64,000 bases of DNA from assembly GCA_028690155.1 (NCBI GenBank), contig JAQVBU010000003.1:24438-88437 (forward strand), given 5' to 3'. Below are positions 1-8,321 of the stretch, in pieces. Below the pieces are notes generated by a model, which saw only the letters and a list, made by a program, of their open reading frames with translations, did not search any database and was not told the origin of the DNA. Source of the DNA: Alphaproteobacteria bacterium. GTDB taxonomy: Bacteria; Pseudomonadota; Alphaproteobacteria; UBA9219. The translations under genes and the position numbers were made by a program. The number at the start of each line of letters is the position of its first letter. Position 1 is the first letter of the stretch.

Positions 1-2661
1 AGACACAAGACCGGAAGGCTCGGTTCCGCCCTCCCCCTCCCCATCTTCCGCCGCAATTCGGCCCGAGAAAGGAACCCAAATCCTTTCAGCACCCAGAGCC
101 TCGGGCCATTTGTTCGGAGGAACAAGAACCGGAAGGCTATCGAATTGATCGCCGTCCTGAAGGACCTCCTCTTGGCTTTCCAAAAACGTTTCCTCTTCTT
201 CCTCCTCCCCCTTGGCGCGCCCGGTCGAATCCTCAGACGCCCCCTTGATATTTCCGACAAGACTATCAAACAAAAGACGAGGCACGCTCCCATCGAGAAC
301 CAAGGGAAGCCTATCGTCCTTGGGCTCCGTTCCGGGAAGAAACGCTTCCCAAATGACATCCTTGTCCGCCGGCTGCGCCAACGTTTCCGTAAGGGGGTTC
401 ACGCGCACCATCCGTAAGCCCGCAGGCCGCCGAAAGGGTATGGGAGGCTTGTCTTTGATGGCTTCCTTGATGAACGCGCCAAAAATTGGCAGCGCCGCGC
501 TTGCGCCTGTTTCGTGTGAGCCTAAAGGAATGGGGTTGTCATATCCCACGAAAACCCCGCAAACGAGATCAGGGGTAAAACCGATAAACCAGGCGTCCCT
601 GCTGTCATTCGTCGTTCCCGTTTTCCCGGCCAAGGGAAAATCGATGTCCTTCAGCCGCCGACCGGTTCCCCGCTGGATGACGCCTTGAAGCATGCTGACC
701 ATCTGATAGGCCGTCCGAGGATCTTCGACCTGTTCACGCATATCGGGAATAGAAGGCGGCGTCATAAAAGTCTGCCAGTTTTCCGTCCGGCAATTCAAGC
801 AGTCCCGATCGTCCGCACGCCAAACGGTTTTCCCATCGCGATCTTGAACGCGGTCAATCAAGCTTGGCGTTATTTTCTTTCCTCCGTTGACGATCATGCC
901 ATAAGCCGTAACAAGCCGCATCAACGTTGTTTCTTTTGCGCCCAGCGAAAACGACAAAAGTTCGGGCATCGTGTCCACAATCCCAAACTTCTTGGCATAC
1001 GAGACGACCTTCGACATGCCCAAGGCATTTGCCAGTCGAACCGTCATCACATTTTGAGATTTTTCAATGCCAACACGCAACGGCGTCGGGCCAAGATCCT
1101 CGCCATCGTAATTCTCGGGTTTCCACAAAGGAAGGTCGGCCCCCTGCTCATAAACGAAGGGCGAATCCGAAATCAACGTCGCCGGCGTAAAGCCGTTGTC
1201 CAGCGCCGCCATATAGACAAAGGGCTTGAAGGATGATCCGGGTTGACGCAACGCCTGGGTGGCTCTGTTAAATTGGCTGATCTTGGTACTGAACCCCCCG
1301 CTCATCGCGAAAACACGCCCCGTATGCGGATCCAACGCCACAAGAGCCCCTTGAACGACCGGAATTTGCATCAGCGTGTACGTCCCTTCAGGATACGCTT
1401 TGCTCTGGGGATCGTCATGAACCGCGTCGACCATCACCACATCGCCCGCCTTGACAACATCGCTGACCGCACGAACCGTTTTGCCGAACGTCTCGGGCGT
1501 AAGCTCGCGCCGCGCCCAGATCACTTCGGACAAAGGAAGCCGCCCCTTCGTTCCATCGGAAAAGCCCAGCGATGCCTCGGTCTTCCCGACCTTCAAGACA
1601 ACAGCAAGGCGCCAGGCCCCTATGCCTTTCGGTGCAGCAACGGCCTTAAGCCGGACCGCCCAGTCGTTCAGATCATCCAAGTGCGCCACGGCCCCCCGCC
1701 ATCCGCGTTCACGACGATCGAAGGCGATGAGCCCTTCACGCAACGCCTGCGTCGCCGCTTCCTGCAGCCGAGGATCGAGGCTCGTTTTCACCGCAAGGCC
1801 GCCTTGTGTCACGGTGTCTTCGCCAAACCAATCGACAAGTTGCCGCCGAACTTCTTCGGAAAAATAATTCGCCGTCACGCTTTCGTGCTCCGCCCGCGAA
1901 CGCGTCACAAGCGGTTGCTTGGCCGCAGCGTCGGCTTCTTCTGACGAAATAAAGCCATTTTCGACCATGCGTCCAATAACCCAGTTTCGCCGAGCCACAG
2001 CCGCATCGTAATCGCGGGTTGGGTTATAGTTATTCGGAGCCTTAGGAAGCGCGGCCAAATAAGCCGCTTCCGCAATCGTCAAGTCATCCAATGCTTTATT
2101 GAAATAATTCAGAGCCGCAGCCGCGATACCATAGGACCTATTTCCCAGAAAAATCTGGTTCAAATAGATTTCTAGGATTCGCTCTTTGCTAAGCACTTTC
2201 TCCAGTTTGGTCGCAAGAATGGCTTCTTTGATCTTGCGGGATAAAGATACCTCGTTCGTCAGCAACATGTTTTTCGCCACTTGCTGAGTGATCGTCGACG
2301 CCCCCATCGGATGCCTCTCGCGTCCGACATTGCGCAGATTGATGAAAAGAGCCCGCACAATCCCGACAAAATCAATGCCTTTGTGCTTATAGAACCCGGC
2401 ATCCTCGGCCGATAGAAAAGCGTCAATAACCCGCTTGGGAATCGAATCAATGGGCACAAACATGCGTTGTTCCGCCGCCACGACCGCCATCATGCGCCCG
2501 TCATCCGCATAAATACGACTGAGATTGGGGGGCTGATAGTCCTGAAGATAGTCGTATTGAGGTAAGTTCTTGCTGTAATGAGAAAAAATTACAGCCGCCG
2601 ACACGGCCCCCAAGCCTATCGCAAGCAATCCGACCGACAAGAAGGCAGAAAAGAAACGCAT
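1..2661 (-). CDS. mrcA: Penicillin-binding protein 1A (bifunctional transglycosylase/transpeptidase). The reverse-strand ORF is open to position 1, so the 3' end leaves the window.
   Basis: The ORF track omits it because it is unterminated. My translation from 2661 downward reads MRFFSAFLSVGLLAIGLGAVSAAVIFSHYSKNLPQYDYL... and contains class A PBP glycosyltransferase motifs (EDAGFYKHKGIDFVGIVRA, GASTITQQVAKN, RKIKEAILATKLEKVLSKERILEIYLNQIFLG). Confidence 0.8.
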   Translation of the reverse strand, partial: MRFFSAFLSVGLLAIGLGAVSAAVIFSHYSKNLPQYDYLQDYQPPNLSRIYADDGRMMAVVAAEQRMFVPIDSIPKRVIDAFLSAEDAGFYKHKGIDFVGIVRALFINLRNVGRERHPMGASTITQQVAKNMLLTNEVSLSRKIKEAILATKLEKVLSKERILEIYLNQIFLGNRSYGIAAAALNYFNKALDDLTIAEAAYLAALPKAPNNYNPTRDYDAAVARRNWVIGRMVENGFISSEEADAAAKQPLVTRSRAEHESVTANYFSEEVRRQLVDWFGEDTVTQGGLAVKTSLDPRLQEAATQALREGLIAFDRRERGWRGAVAHLDDLNDWAVRLKAVAAPKGIGAWRLAVVLKVGKTEASLGFSDGTKGRLPLSEVIWARRELTPETFGKTVRAVSDVVKAGDVVMVDAVHDDPQSKAYPEGTYTLMQIPVVQGALVALDPHTGRVFAMSGGFSTKISQFNRATQALRQPGSSFKPFVYMAALDNGFTPATLISDSPFVYEQGADLPLWKPENYDGEDLGPTPLRVGIEKSQNVMTVRLANALGMSKVVSYAKKFGIVDTMPELLSFSLGAKETTLMRLVTAYGMIVNGGKKITPSLIDRVQDRDGKTVWRADDRDCLNCRTENWQTFMTPPSIPDMREQVEDPRTAYQMVSMLQGVIQRGTGRRLKDIDFPLAGKTGTTNDSRDAWFIGFTPDLVCGVFVGYDNPIPLGSHETGASAALPIFGAFIKEAIKDKPPIPFRRPAGLRMVRVNPLTETLAQPADKDVIWEAFLPGTEPKDDRLPLVLDGSVPRLLFDSLVGNIKGASEDSTGRAKGEEEEEETFLESQEEVLQDGDQFDSLPVLVPPNKWPEALGAERIWVPFSGRIAAEDGEGEGGTEPSGLVS

Positions 2662-2968
2662 AATGCAGTGGATCCCGAAAAAGACCTTCTCTTTCTAGCG
2701 TGCTTTGCCCTTAGAAGAAAGGCCTCGGCCGCTCTTTATGTAAGAAAAGCCGCTTGCTGAGGAAGGAAACTTGAACTGTCGCTCTAAGACACAAAAATAT
2801 AGTAACAATCAAAGCATGAATAAACGCCGCCCAATCCCACCCCTTTGGGACGCACTGTGATCGCAAAGGGCTGGACGGTTTTAGACAAATCTCGTGGACA
2901 ATCTCGTGGACAATACAGTGAATATCCAAAGAGTTCCGAAAACGACCGGACTATTCCGGAAGAAAAAG

Positions 2969-3055
2969 TGGTGCCCAGGAGAAGACTCGAACTTCCACGA
3001 TCTTGCGACCGCTAGCACCTGAAGCTAGTGCGTCTACCAATTCCGCCACCTGGGC
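2969..3055 (-). tRNA. tRNA-Leu (anticodon CAG)
   Basis: The reverse complement GCCCAGGTGGCGGAATTGGTAGACGCACTAGCTTCAGGTGCTAGCGGTCGCAAGATCGTGGAAGTTCGAGTCTTCTCCTGGGCACCA has an acceptor stem, an anticodon stem-loop CTAGC-TTCAGGT-GCTAG, a long variable arm, a T-arm GTTCGAGTC and a CCA end. Confidence 0.85.
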
Positions 3056-3233
3056 TTTAGCTTGGGCGACGGTAAGGCCCGCCAAGCGAAGTTGCCGTGG
3101 TAAAACAAAAGACAAGATGAAGTCAAGAGCTGGTTTTCAAGCCCTCTTTTCTTAATTTTATCGATCCTCCAAACTCTGAAAAGGCTTCCCTTTAACACTT
3201 TCGCGGTTTAGAAATGTAACCTCCTGATTCTAT

Positions 3234-5144
3234 ATGGATTGCGTCCAGCCCATGTCCTTTCGGTCTTTACTTAGCGCCAACGGGTTCCTGATCGTTCCGT
3301 TCCTGTGCCTTGGGGCAAATATGGGCACGGCGCATGCTGCCGTAAAAGCGCCGGTCGAGACCTTTTTGGAGGAAGCCCTCCCCGTTACGCCTTTGCCCGC
3401 CGAAAGGTTCAAGAACGAACCGATCCCGGCTGGAACCTTGAGCCTCGAAGACGTCTTAAAGGCGTATAAACGTCCGGCCCCCAAAAAATCGTCTCTGCCC
3501 AACGCCAGCGGCTTTCTGATGCATCAGGGCATGAAGGCCGTTTTGCAAAAACATGAGCTTCCGGCTACGCCGCCAGCTTTGGCCCCCAACGCAGAAGCCC
3601 AAAAACCGGATGCCGCGCCTCTCTCTTTGCTGTCCGATACAAAAGCCGAACCAAAGGCGAAAAACGCCGCCGACGCGGCACCCGCGGTCTCAAAAGAAAA
3701 CGGCATAAGCTTCGTGCCAGGACGCGAACCGAAAAACTTAAACGATTTTGTCCCGGCCCAACCCGCGCCCTCCCCCGTTCCAACCGAAGTTAAGGCCGGT
3801 CCTTTGGTTGAAACTCCATGCTTTAAAAGCATCACAAAGTGGAAAAAGACCTGCGTCGAAGCGGGGTATCCATCGTCCTTCATCGGCGAAATTATCGGGG
3901 AAACGCGCGAAACCTGCGAGGATGGATCCTTGCACGATTTCTGGGTGGCAAATTCTTGCTCCCCACCGCAGGCTCAGCCTGTCGCAGCATCGGCATCGGA
4001 AGAAGAAAAGCCTGTCGCGACGACCCCAACACAGACCGAGCCTTTACCCGAAGAAAAACAGCCTCAAGAAAAAAGCCTTACCGCTGTAAAGAAAGATAAG
4101 GATAATGAGGCTGCGACGGCCTCTTTACCGGAGGAAAAACAGCCGGAAGAAACAAAAGAAGAGGCCGTGAAAGCCTCCACTCCGGAAGCCGCCCCGACGG
4201 AAGACCGTGCCGTCCCCTTGCCTACGAAAACGGAACAGCCTGATGCCAAGCCGGCTTCGGACACAAAGGCCGAGCCTTCGCCTCTATCGGTCAAAGTCGA
4301 TACATCGCTTTGCGGCATTGCGTCCGAAACGCTCGCTTACGAAGCGCCGGAAAAGAATCTTTGCCGCGAAGGAAGGGCTGGCCCAGTCGAGGGACAAGGA
4401 CCATGGATATGGTCTTGCACCAATAATGAAGGGAAAACATCGTCCTGTGAAACGCTGTCCTTGAAACGTGAGGATCCTGCGCCGAAGAAGGACGCAAAGG
4501 CTGTACAAGAGAAAACCAAGGCGGAAAAAACCAAACACGTGGCCCCGACGTCTACGGATGCAAAGAAGGCGGCCCCCCCAATAAAAAAAGCGCCTCTCCC
4601 AACAAAAAGCGACATTCCTTCCTCGGAAAAAGTCTTTTCACCGGCGCCGACCCCAACGCCCATCCCCAAAGCGGCGAATATCACGGCCGATAAAGCTCCA
4701 GCAAAGGCACCGCCCCTTCCTGACGACGCCGCACCCGTTCCTCCGCCCGGCGTGCGTGACTCGCTCCCGCCGACTCCCGTTTTGCAAGAGAACAAAACCC
4801 TTCAAGAGACGCCAAAAACGTCTTCCGATCTCCTTGATATTCCAGAAGCCCTCTCCTCGCTTTCCTTTGCCGCCGAGGAGAAGGACCTCGATGATAAGGC
4901 CAAAGCCGCCTTGGATCTTTTGGCCGAGCTTCTTCGGAAAAATGAAGGCGCCCGGATTGCCTTATTCGCCTATACCGCCAAGAAAGACACGCCGGAACGC
5001 GTTGCTCATAAACGCGCCTTGGATAGGGCTTTGGCCGTTCGAACGTATCTGTCCGGCCACGGAATTTCGGAGAGCCGCATGGACATCCACGCCGAAGGCT
5101 TTTCCCCGGATCATGGGGAACGGGTCGACATAAAAGCTCAGTAG
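3234..5144 (+). CDS. Secreted or outer-membrane-associated OmpA-family protein: N-terminal signal peptide, two Cys4 modules, a long Pro/Ala/Lys/Glu-rich low-complexity spacer and a C-terminal OmpA-like peptidoglycan-binding domain.
   Basis: The N-terminus is hydrophobic (FLIVPFLCLGANMGTAHAAV). The C-terminus (ALFAYTAKKDTPERVAHKRALDRALAVRTYLSGHGISESRMDIHAEGF) fits the OmpA/MotB C-terminal pattern. Confidence 0.6.
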   Translation: MDCVQPMSFRSLLSANGFLIVPFLCLGANMGTAHAAVKAPVETFLEEALPVTPLPAERFKNEPIPAGTLSLEDVLKAYKRPAPKKSSLPNASGFLMHQGMKAVLQKHELPATPPALAPNAEAQKPDAAPLSLLSDTKAEPKAKNAADAAPAVSKENGISFVPGREPKNLNDFVPAQPAPSPVPTEVKAGPLVETPCFKSITKWKKTCVEAGYPSSFIGEIIGETRETCEDGSLHDFWVANSCSPPQAQPVAASASEEEKPVATTPTQTEPLPEEKQPQEKSLTAVKKDKDNEAATASLPEEKQPEETKEEAVKASTPEAAPTEDRAVPLPTKTEQPDAKPASDTKAEPSPLSVKVDTSLCGIASETLAYEAPEKNLCREGRAGPVEGQGPWIWSCTNNEGKTSSCETLSLKREDPAPKKDAKAVQEKTKAEKTKHVAPTSTDAKKAAPPIKKAPLPTKSDIPSSEKVFSPAPTPTPIPKAANITADKAPAKAPPLPDDAAPVPPPGVRDSLPPTPVLQENKTLQETPKTSSDLLDIPEALSSLSFAAEEKDLDDKAKAALDLLAELLRKNEGARIALFAYTAKKDTPERVAHKRALDRALAVRTYLSGHGISESRMDIHAEGFSPDHGERVDIKAQ

Positions 5145-5390
5145 AAAAACGGATATTTACCACGTTTACGGGTAAAACCCGTTGACTTCTTTCTTGCTTT
5201 TCCCCCTTTTCTTGTCTAGTTATGCGAGCGAGTTTAGAAGGCTCTCTTTGCGCTGGACGTTTTTGTAGATCGTTTATCGCACAGGTGGGTGACAGAATCT
5301 CGTTGGCGTTTTCTACCGCGGCATTCTGGCTCTGACTCGGGTGCAGGTGTCGCGGTGATGCCGGCCCATGCTAGACTAAAGGATAAAATT

Positions 5391-5603
5391 ATGGCGACAG
5401 GTACAGTCAAGTGGTTCAACGCTACAAAAGGTTATGGCTTCATTCAACCGGATGCCGGTGGCTCGGATGTTTTCGTGCATATCAGCGCCGTTGAACGGGC
5501 CGGTCTCCGCGATCTTCGCGAAGGCCAAAAGCTCAGCTATGAGCTGGCGACCGAAAAAGGCAAAACAGCGGCCGCGAACCTGAAGATCGTTGACGCCGCG
5601 TAA
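5391..5603 (+). CDS. cspA: Cold-shock protein, CspA family
   Basis: MATGTVKWFNATKGYGFIQPDAGGSDVFVHISAV shows the canonical CSD RNP motifs. An AAGGA RBS lies upstream of the ATG at 5391. Confidence 0.9.
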   Translation: MATGTVKWFNATKGYGFIQPDAGGSDVFVHISAVERAGLRDLREGQKLSYELATEKGKTAAANLKIVDAA

Positions 5604-5628
5604 AAGCCGCAAAACGTCAGTCTTCAAT

Positions 5629-5672
5629 AGGAAAGAGGAAGAATCAAAACTGGTTTTTCCTCTTTTCTTTTT
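5629..5672. terminator. Bidirectional rho-independent terminator between the convergent cspA and 5-FCL genes
   Basis: A GGAAAGAGGAA...TTCCTCTTT hairpin is followed by a T-run. Confidence 0.55.
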
Positions 5673-5678
5673 GCGCCA

Positions 5679-6248
5679 TCACAAAACGTCCCGGTCCGTT
5701 ACGATACAGTCGAGAACAACGTCGTTTGGGCCGATGGGCACATGATCAACTTCCTGAAACGCATACGCAAGCCCAACCGCCAAGACCGGTTTACTCCGTC
5801 TTAGGCGCTTGATCGTCCGGTCATAGTATCCACCCCCGTAGCCGAGGCGATTGCGCGCACGATCAAAAGCCAGCATCGGGAAAAGAAGGATGTCCGGCTC
5901 AACGCCGGGAGCGGTGGACATGGGCTCAAAAATACCAAGCGGATTGGCAAGCAGCCCCCAACCTTCTTCGTGCAGTCTGAAAACAAGCGGTTTCTGGCGG
6001 CCCACAATAACGGGCAACGCCACTTTGTGCCCCTTTTTTCTCAGCGCCGCATCCAGCGTCGCAGGATTAAATTCGTCGGGGGTCGCGGCATAACTGGCCA
6101 CGACATCGCTGACCCCTAGCCGCACATGCTTGAAAAAATTTTCAACGAGACGTGCCGCGCATTCTTCGGAATCGGCCGGGTTTTCCCGCCGTCGAACGTG
6201 CGCCGCAGAGCGCATCTGATTCTTTTGCTCTTGAAGTGATAAAGACAA
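5679..6248 (-). CDS. ygfA: 5-formyltetrahydrofolate cyclo-ligase
   Basis: Size and motifs (GYGGGYYDR) match. The position downstream of zapA matches the conserved zapA-ssrS-ygfA locus. Confidence 0.75.
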   Translation of the reverse strand: MSLSLQEQKNQMRSAAHVRRRENPADSEECAARLVENFFKHVRLGVSDVVASYAATPDEFNPATLDAALRKKGHKVALPVIVGRQKPLVFRLHEEGWGLLANPLGIFEPMSTAPGVEPDILLFPMLAFDRARNRLGYGGGYYDRTIKRLRRSKPVLAVGLAYAFQEVDHVPIGPNDVVLDCIVTDRDVL

Positions 6249-6284
6249 AGACGCCCCAACCCCTCCCTAAACCGCAACGGATTG

Positions 6285-6490
6285 AACCCGGCGCCCTCGA
6301 CATCCCATCATGCCAATCCGGCGCAAAAAGATGCCGCCACGGAACCAAAGTTCAGATGTGGAAGGCACCACACGACCGACGACCTGAAGTCCTCCGCAGC
6401 CTGCACAAGCAGGTGGGCGCCATATAACCCGACCACGATCGGGACAGAGACAGCTCCCTAGAGGTTCTCATTACGGCTCCGGGGATGATC
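6285..6490 (-). ncRNA. ssrS: Candidate 6S RNA (ssrS) in the 280-bp gap between zapA and ygfA. Coordinates are approximate.
   Basis: The zapA-ssrS-ygfA synteny is widely conserved. The non-coding gap can form a long imperfect closing helix (cccggcgccctc with gagg...ggctccggg). No covariance model was run. Confidence 0.4.
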
Positions 6491-6528
6491 ATATCTATCG
6501 CATCGCACAGGAACCTTCCGTCTTCTTT

Positions 6529-6849
6529 TTACGCTCTCCCCACTTGGGACGCAAGGTCGGTTACGCGTTGGCGCAAATGATTAACGGCCGCGACGAAAAG
6601 ATCTTCCTGATTGGAAAGAACTTTTGACGAATTGTTGCGCGCTTCAAGAAGCTTGTCCGCCAACGATAAGCACGTCAACATCAAATGCCGAGGCTCCGTC
6701 GCGTTTCCGACACGATCCGCTACGGTTTCCATTTCCTCATGAACGAGATCGGCGACATGCTGCAGACGCGCTTCCTCGCCGGGGCCGCAATTCACGATAT
6801 ACTCGCGATTGTAAAGTTTAATGCCAAGTTTAACGGATCGTGCGCCCAT
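6529..6849 (-). CDS. zapA: Cell division protein ZapA
   Basis: MGARSVKLGIKLYNREYIVNCGPGEEARL is ZapA-like. The preferred start is the ATG at 6849 with an AGGGGGA RBS. The track ORF extends to 6900. Confidence 0.7.
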   Translation of the reverse strand: MGARSVKLGIKLYNREYIVNCGPGEEARLQHVADLVHEEMETVADRVGNATEPRHLMLTCLSLADKLLEARNNSSKVLSNQEDLFVAAVNHLRQRVTDLASQVGRA

Positions 6850-6868
6850 GTCTTGTTCCCCCTTCTTT

Positions 6869-7093
6869 TCAATTCTGCAAAATGCGTTCGACATGTTCAA
6901 TCGTATGGTCGAGTCGCGCGGCGACCTTTTGCGTAGCCGCCAAAATTTTTACCTCGCGCTCACGCTCTTGCTTAAAAAGATCGGTTTGCCGTTTCTGCGC
7001 GTCGCGCCGCGATGCCGCGTCAAGCGCAATCTTGTCTTCGAGCGTAAAGAGAGCGTCATCAAGCGCCTCAAGAGCCTGTTTCAAGCGTTCCAT
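6869..7093 (-). CDS. DUF4164/ZapB-like coiled-coil protein upstream of zapA
   Basis: A 74-aa coiled-coil ORF lies immediately upstream of zapA, as in alphaproteobacteria. Confidence 0.5.
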   Translation of the reverse strand: MERLKQALEALDDALFTLEDKIALDAASRRDAQKRQTDLFKQEREREVKILAATQKVAARLDHTIEHVERILQN

Positions 7094-7208
7094 AATGCCT
7101 CCGAATCTCTTGCCGAGAAGAAAAGCCTAGATCAGATTCCGCCGGGATGGAAGCGCAAAGCGATCCAATTCAGGCGCGATGATGCTCCCTGTCGGCGAAT
7201 CGCCTTCC

Positions 7209-8321
7209 TTAGCTTTTTTTGCGAAGCCCCTTTAAGGGATTCATTGGCGTGTCGCCGCGTCGCCACTCAAAATAAAGCTCCGGTCGAGGCGATACCTTGA
7301 CCGGCAAAACGCCCAACGGCTCTCCGGCGATCACATCCTGGCCGACTTCGGCGTCAATACGTCCAAACCCGGACAAAAAGCTGTGACACCCGTTGTCGTG
7401 CTGGAGGATCAGGATCTGACCGTACCCACGAAACGGCCCGGCGAAAACGACTCGCCCATCATAAGGCGCCACGATCGGCGCCCCCGGCGGCGCTTCCAGC
7501 GTCAACCCCTCGCTGCGTACGCCATCGGCGTCTTTCTCGCCAAAGGTCTTAAGGATCTCGCCCACAACAGGCCACGCCAGTGCCACATCCCCGGTTCCTT
7601 TCGGCGCGCGTCGCCGCACGGGCGCAACGCGCTCCATCAACTGCCGCAAATTATGCGCCTCCCGTGCCAAGGATTCCAAGCGCTTTGCCGTTTCTTGCTT
7701 TTGCGCTTCAGTCCGACGCAGGAACCCTTGACGAGTCGCAATCATCTGATCAAGGGATTCTTTCTGTTCCCGCAAGTTGGTCCGCGCGGCGTCGACGAGC
7801 CTTGCCTGTTTCTCGTAACGCATGCGCACATCGTGCAACGCGGCCAAGCCGCGCCCGGCCTTCTCAACCTCGACTTTAAGTTGCGGCAGAATAGCGCGCA
7901 AAAGAACGCTTCGGTGAATGTGATCTTCGGCAATGCGCTCTTGAAGAAACAAACTTTCCGGTGGACGGCTGGCAATCCCAATCAAAGCGGACATCATCAT
8001 GGAAAAACGTTGCTGCTTCTGATCGACATCCTTGCTTTTTTCCGCCACTTCTTCTTTCAAAGCCGCCAATTTTTTCTCGTAACGCTCTTGTTCGCTTTCT
8101 TTCTCCTGAAGCGACCGTGATAAAATCACCATCTTGGCCTGAAGATCCTTCAGGCTCGCGTTCGCTTGCAGGGCGGCGGCATCCAATTTCTCTTGCTCGG
8201 TTTTTTTGGCCTCGATCGCTTCCTCGACGCGTCGAAGCCGCGTATCGTTTGCGGCATGCGCCGACACGCCGGATAAAAGAACGGCCGCACCGATCAGGAG
8301 AAGAAGGGTCTTATTCATCAT
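7209..8321 (-). CDS. Murein hydrolase activator EnvC-like / M23 peptidase with an N-terminal coiled coil
   Basis: A signal peptide is followed by a long coiled coil and a C-terminal LytM/M23 domain (FAGPFRGYGQILILQHDNGCHSFLSG). Confidence 0.7.
   Translation of the reverse strand: MMNKTLLLLIGAAVLLSGVSAHAANDTRLRRVEEAIEAKKTEQEKLDAAALQANASLKDLQAKMVILSRSLQEKESEQERYEKKLAALKEEVAEKSKDVDQKQQRFSMMMSALIGIASRPPESLFLQERIAEDHIHRSVLLRAILPQLKVEVEKAGRGLAALHDVRMRYEKQARLVDAARTNLREQKESLDQMIATRQGFLRRTEAQKQETAKRLESLAREAHNLRQLMERVAPVRRRAPKGTGDVALAWPVVGEILKTFGEKDADGVRSEGLTLEAPPGAPIVAPYDGRVVFAGPFRGYGQILILQHDNGCHSFLSGFGRIDAEVGQDVIAGEPLGVLPVKVSPRPELYFEWRRGDTPMNPLKGLRKKS

Noticed and set aside
1..2661. Plus-strand ORFs 145..417, 212..688, 685..1236, 1243..1944 and 1451..1867 from the track
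   Set aside because: All lie antisense or out of frame within the PBP1A gene. That gene is open on the minus strand over the whole interval and has clear glycosyltransferase motifs.
2886..2914. 12-bp tandem duplication (caatctcgtgga x2) in the mrcA / tRNA-Leu intergenic region
   Set aside because: Only two copies, with no further array. Likely a trivial local duplication. Not a CRISPR or iteron array.
2969..5144. Possible genomic island integrated at tRNA-Leu
   Set aside because: No integrase, no repeated copy of the tRNA 3' end, and no IS elements follow. The adjacent OmpA-like gene alone does not make an island.
3524..5163. Multiple 60-160-aa ORFs on both strands overlapping the OmpA-like gene (for example 3524..3883 -, 4337..4795 -, 4681..5163 -)
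   Set aside because: They are antisense or out-of-frame to a well-supported longer CDS. High GC produces long spurious ORFs. None has a recognisable motif.
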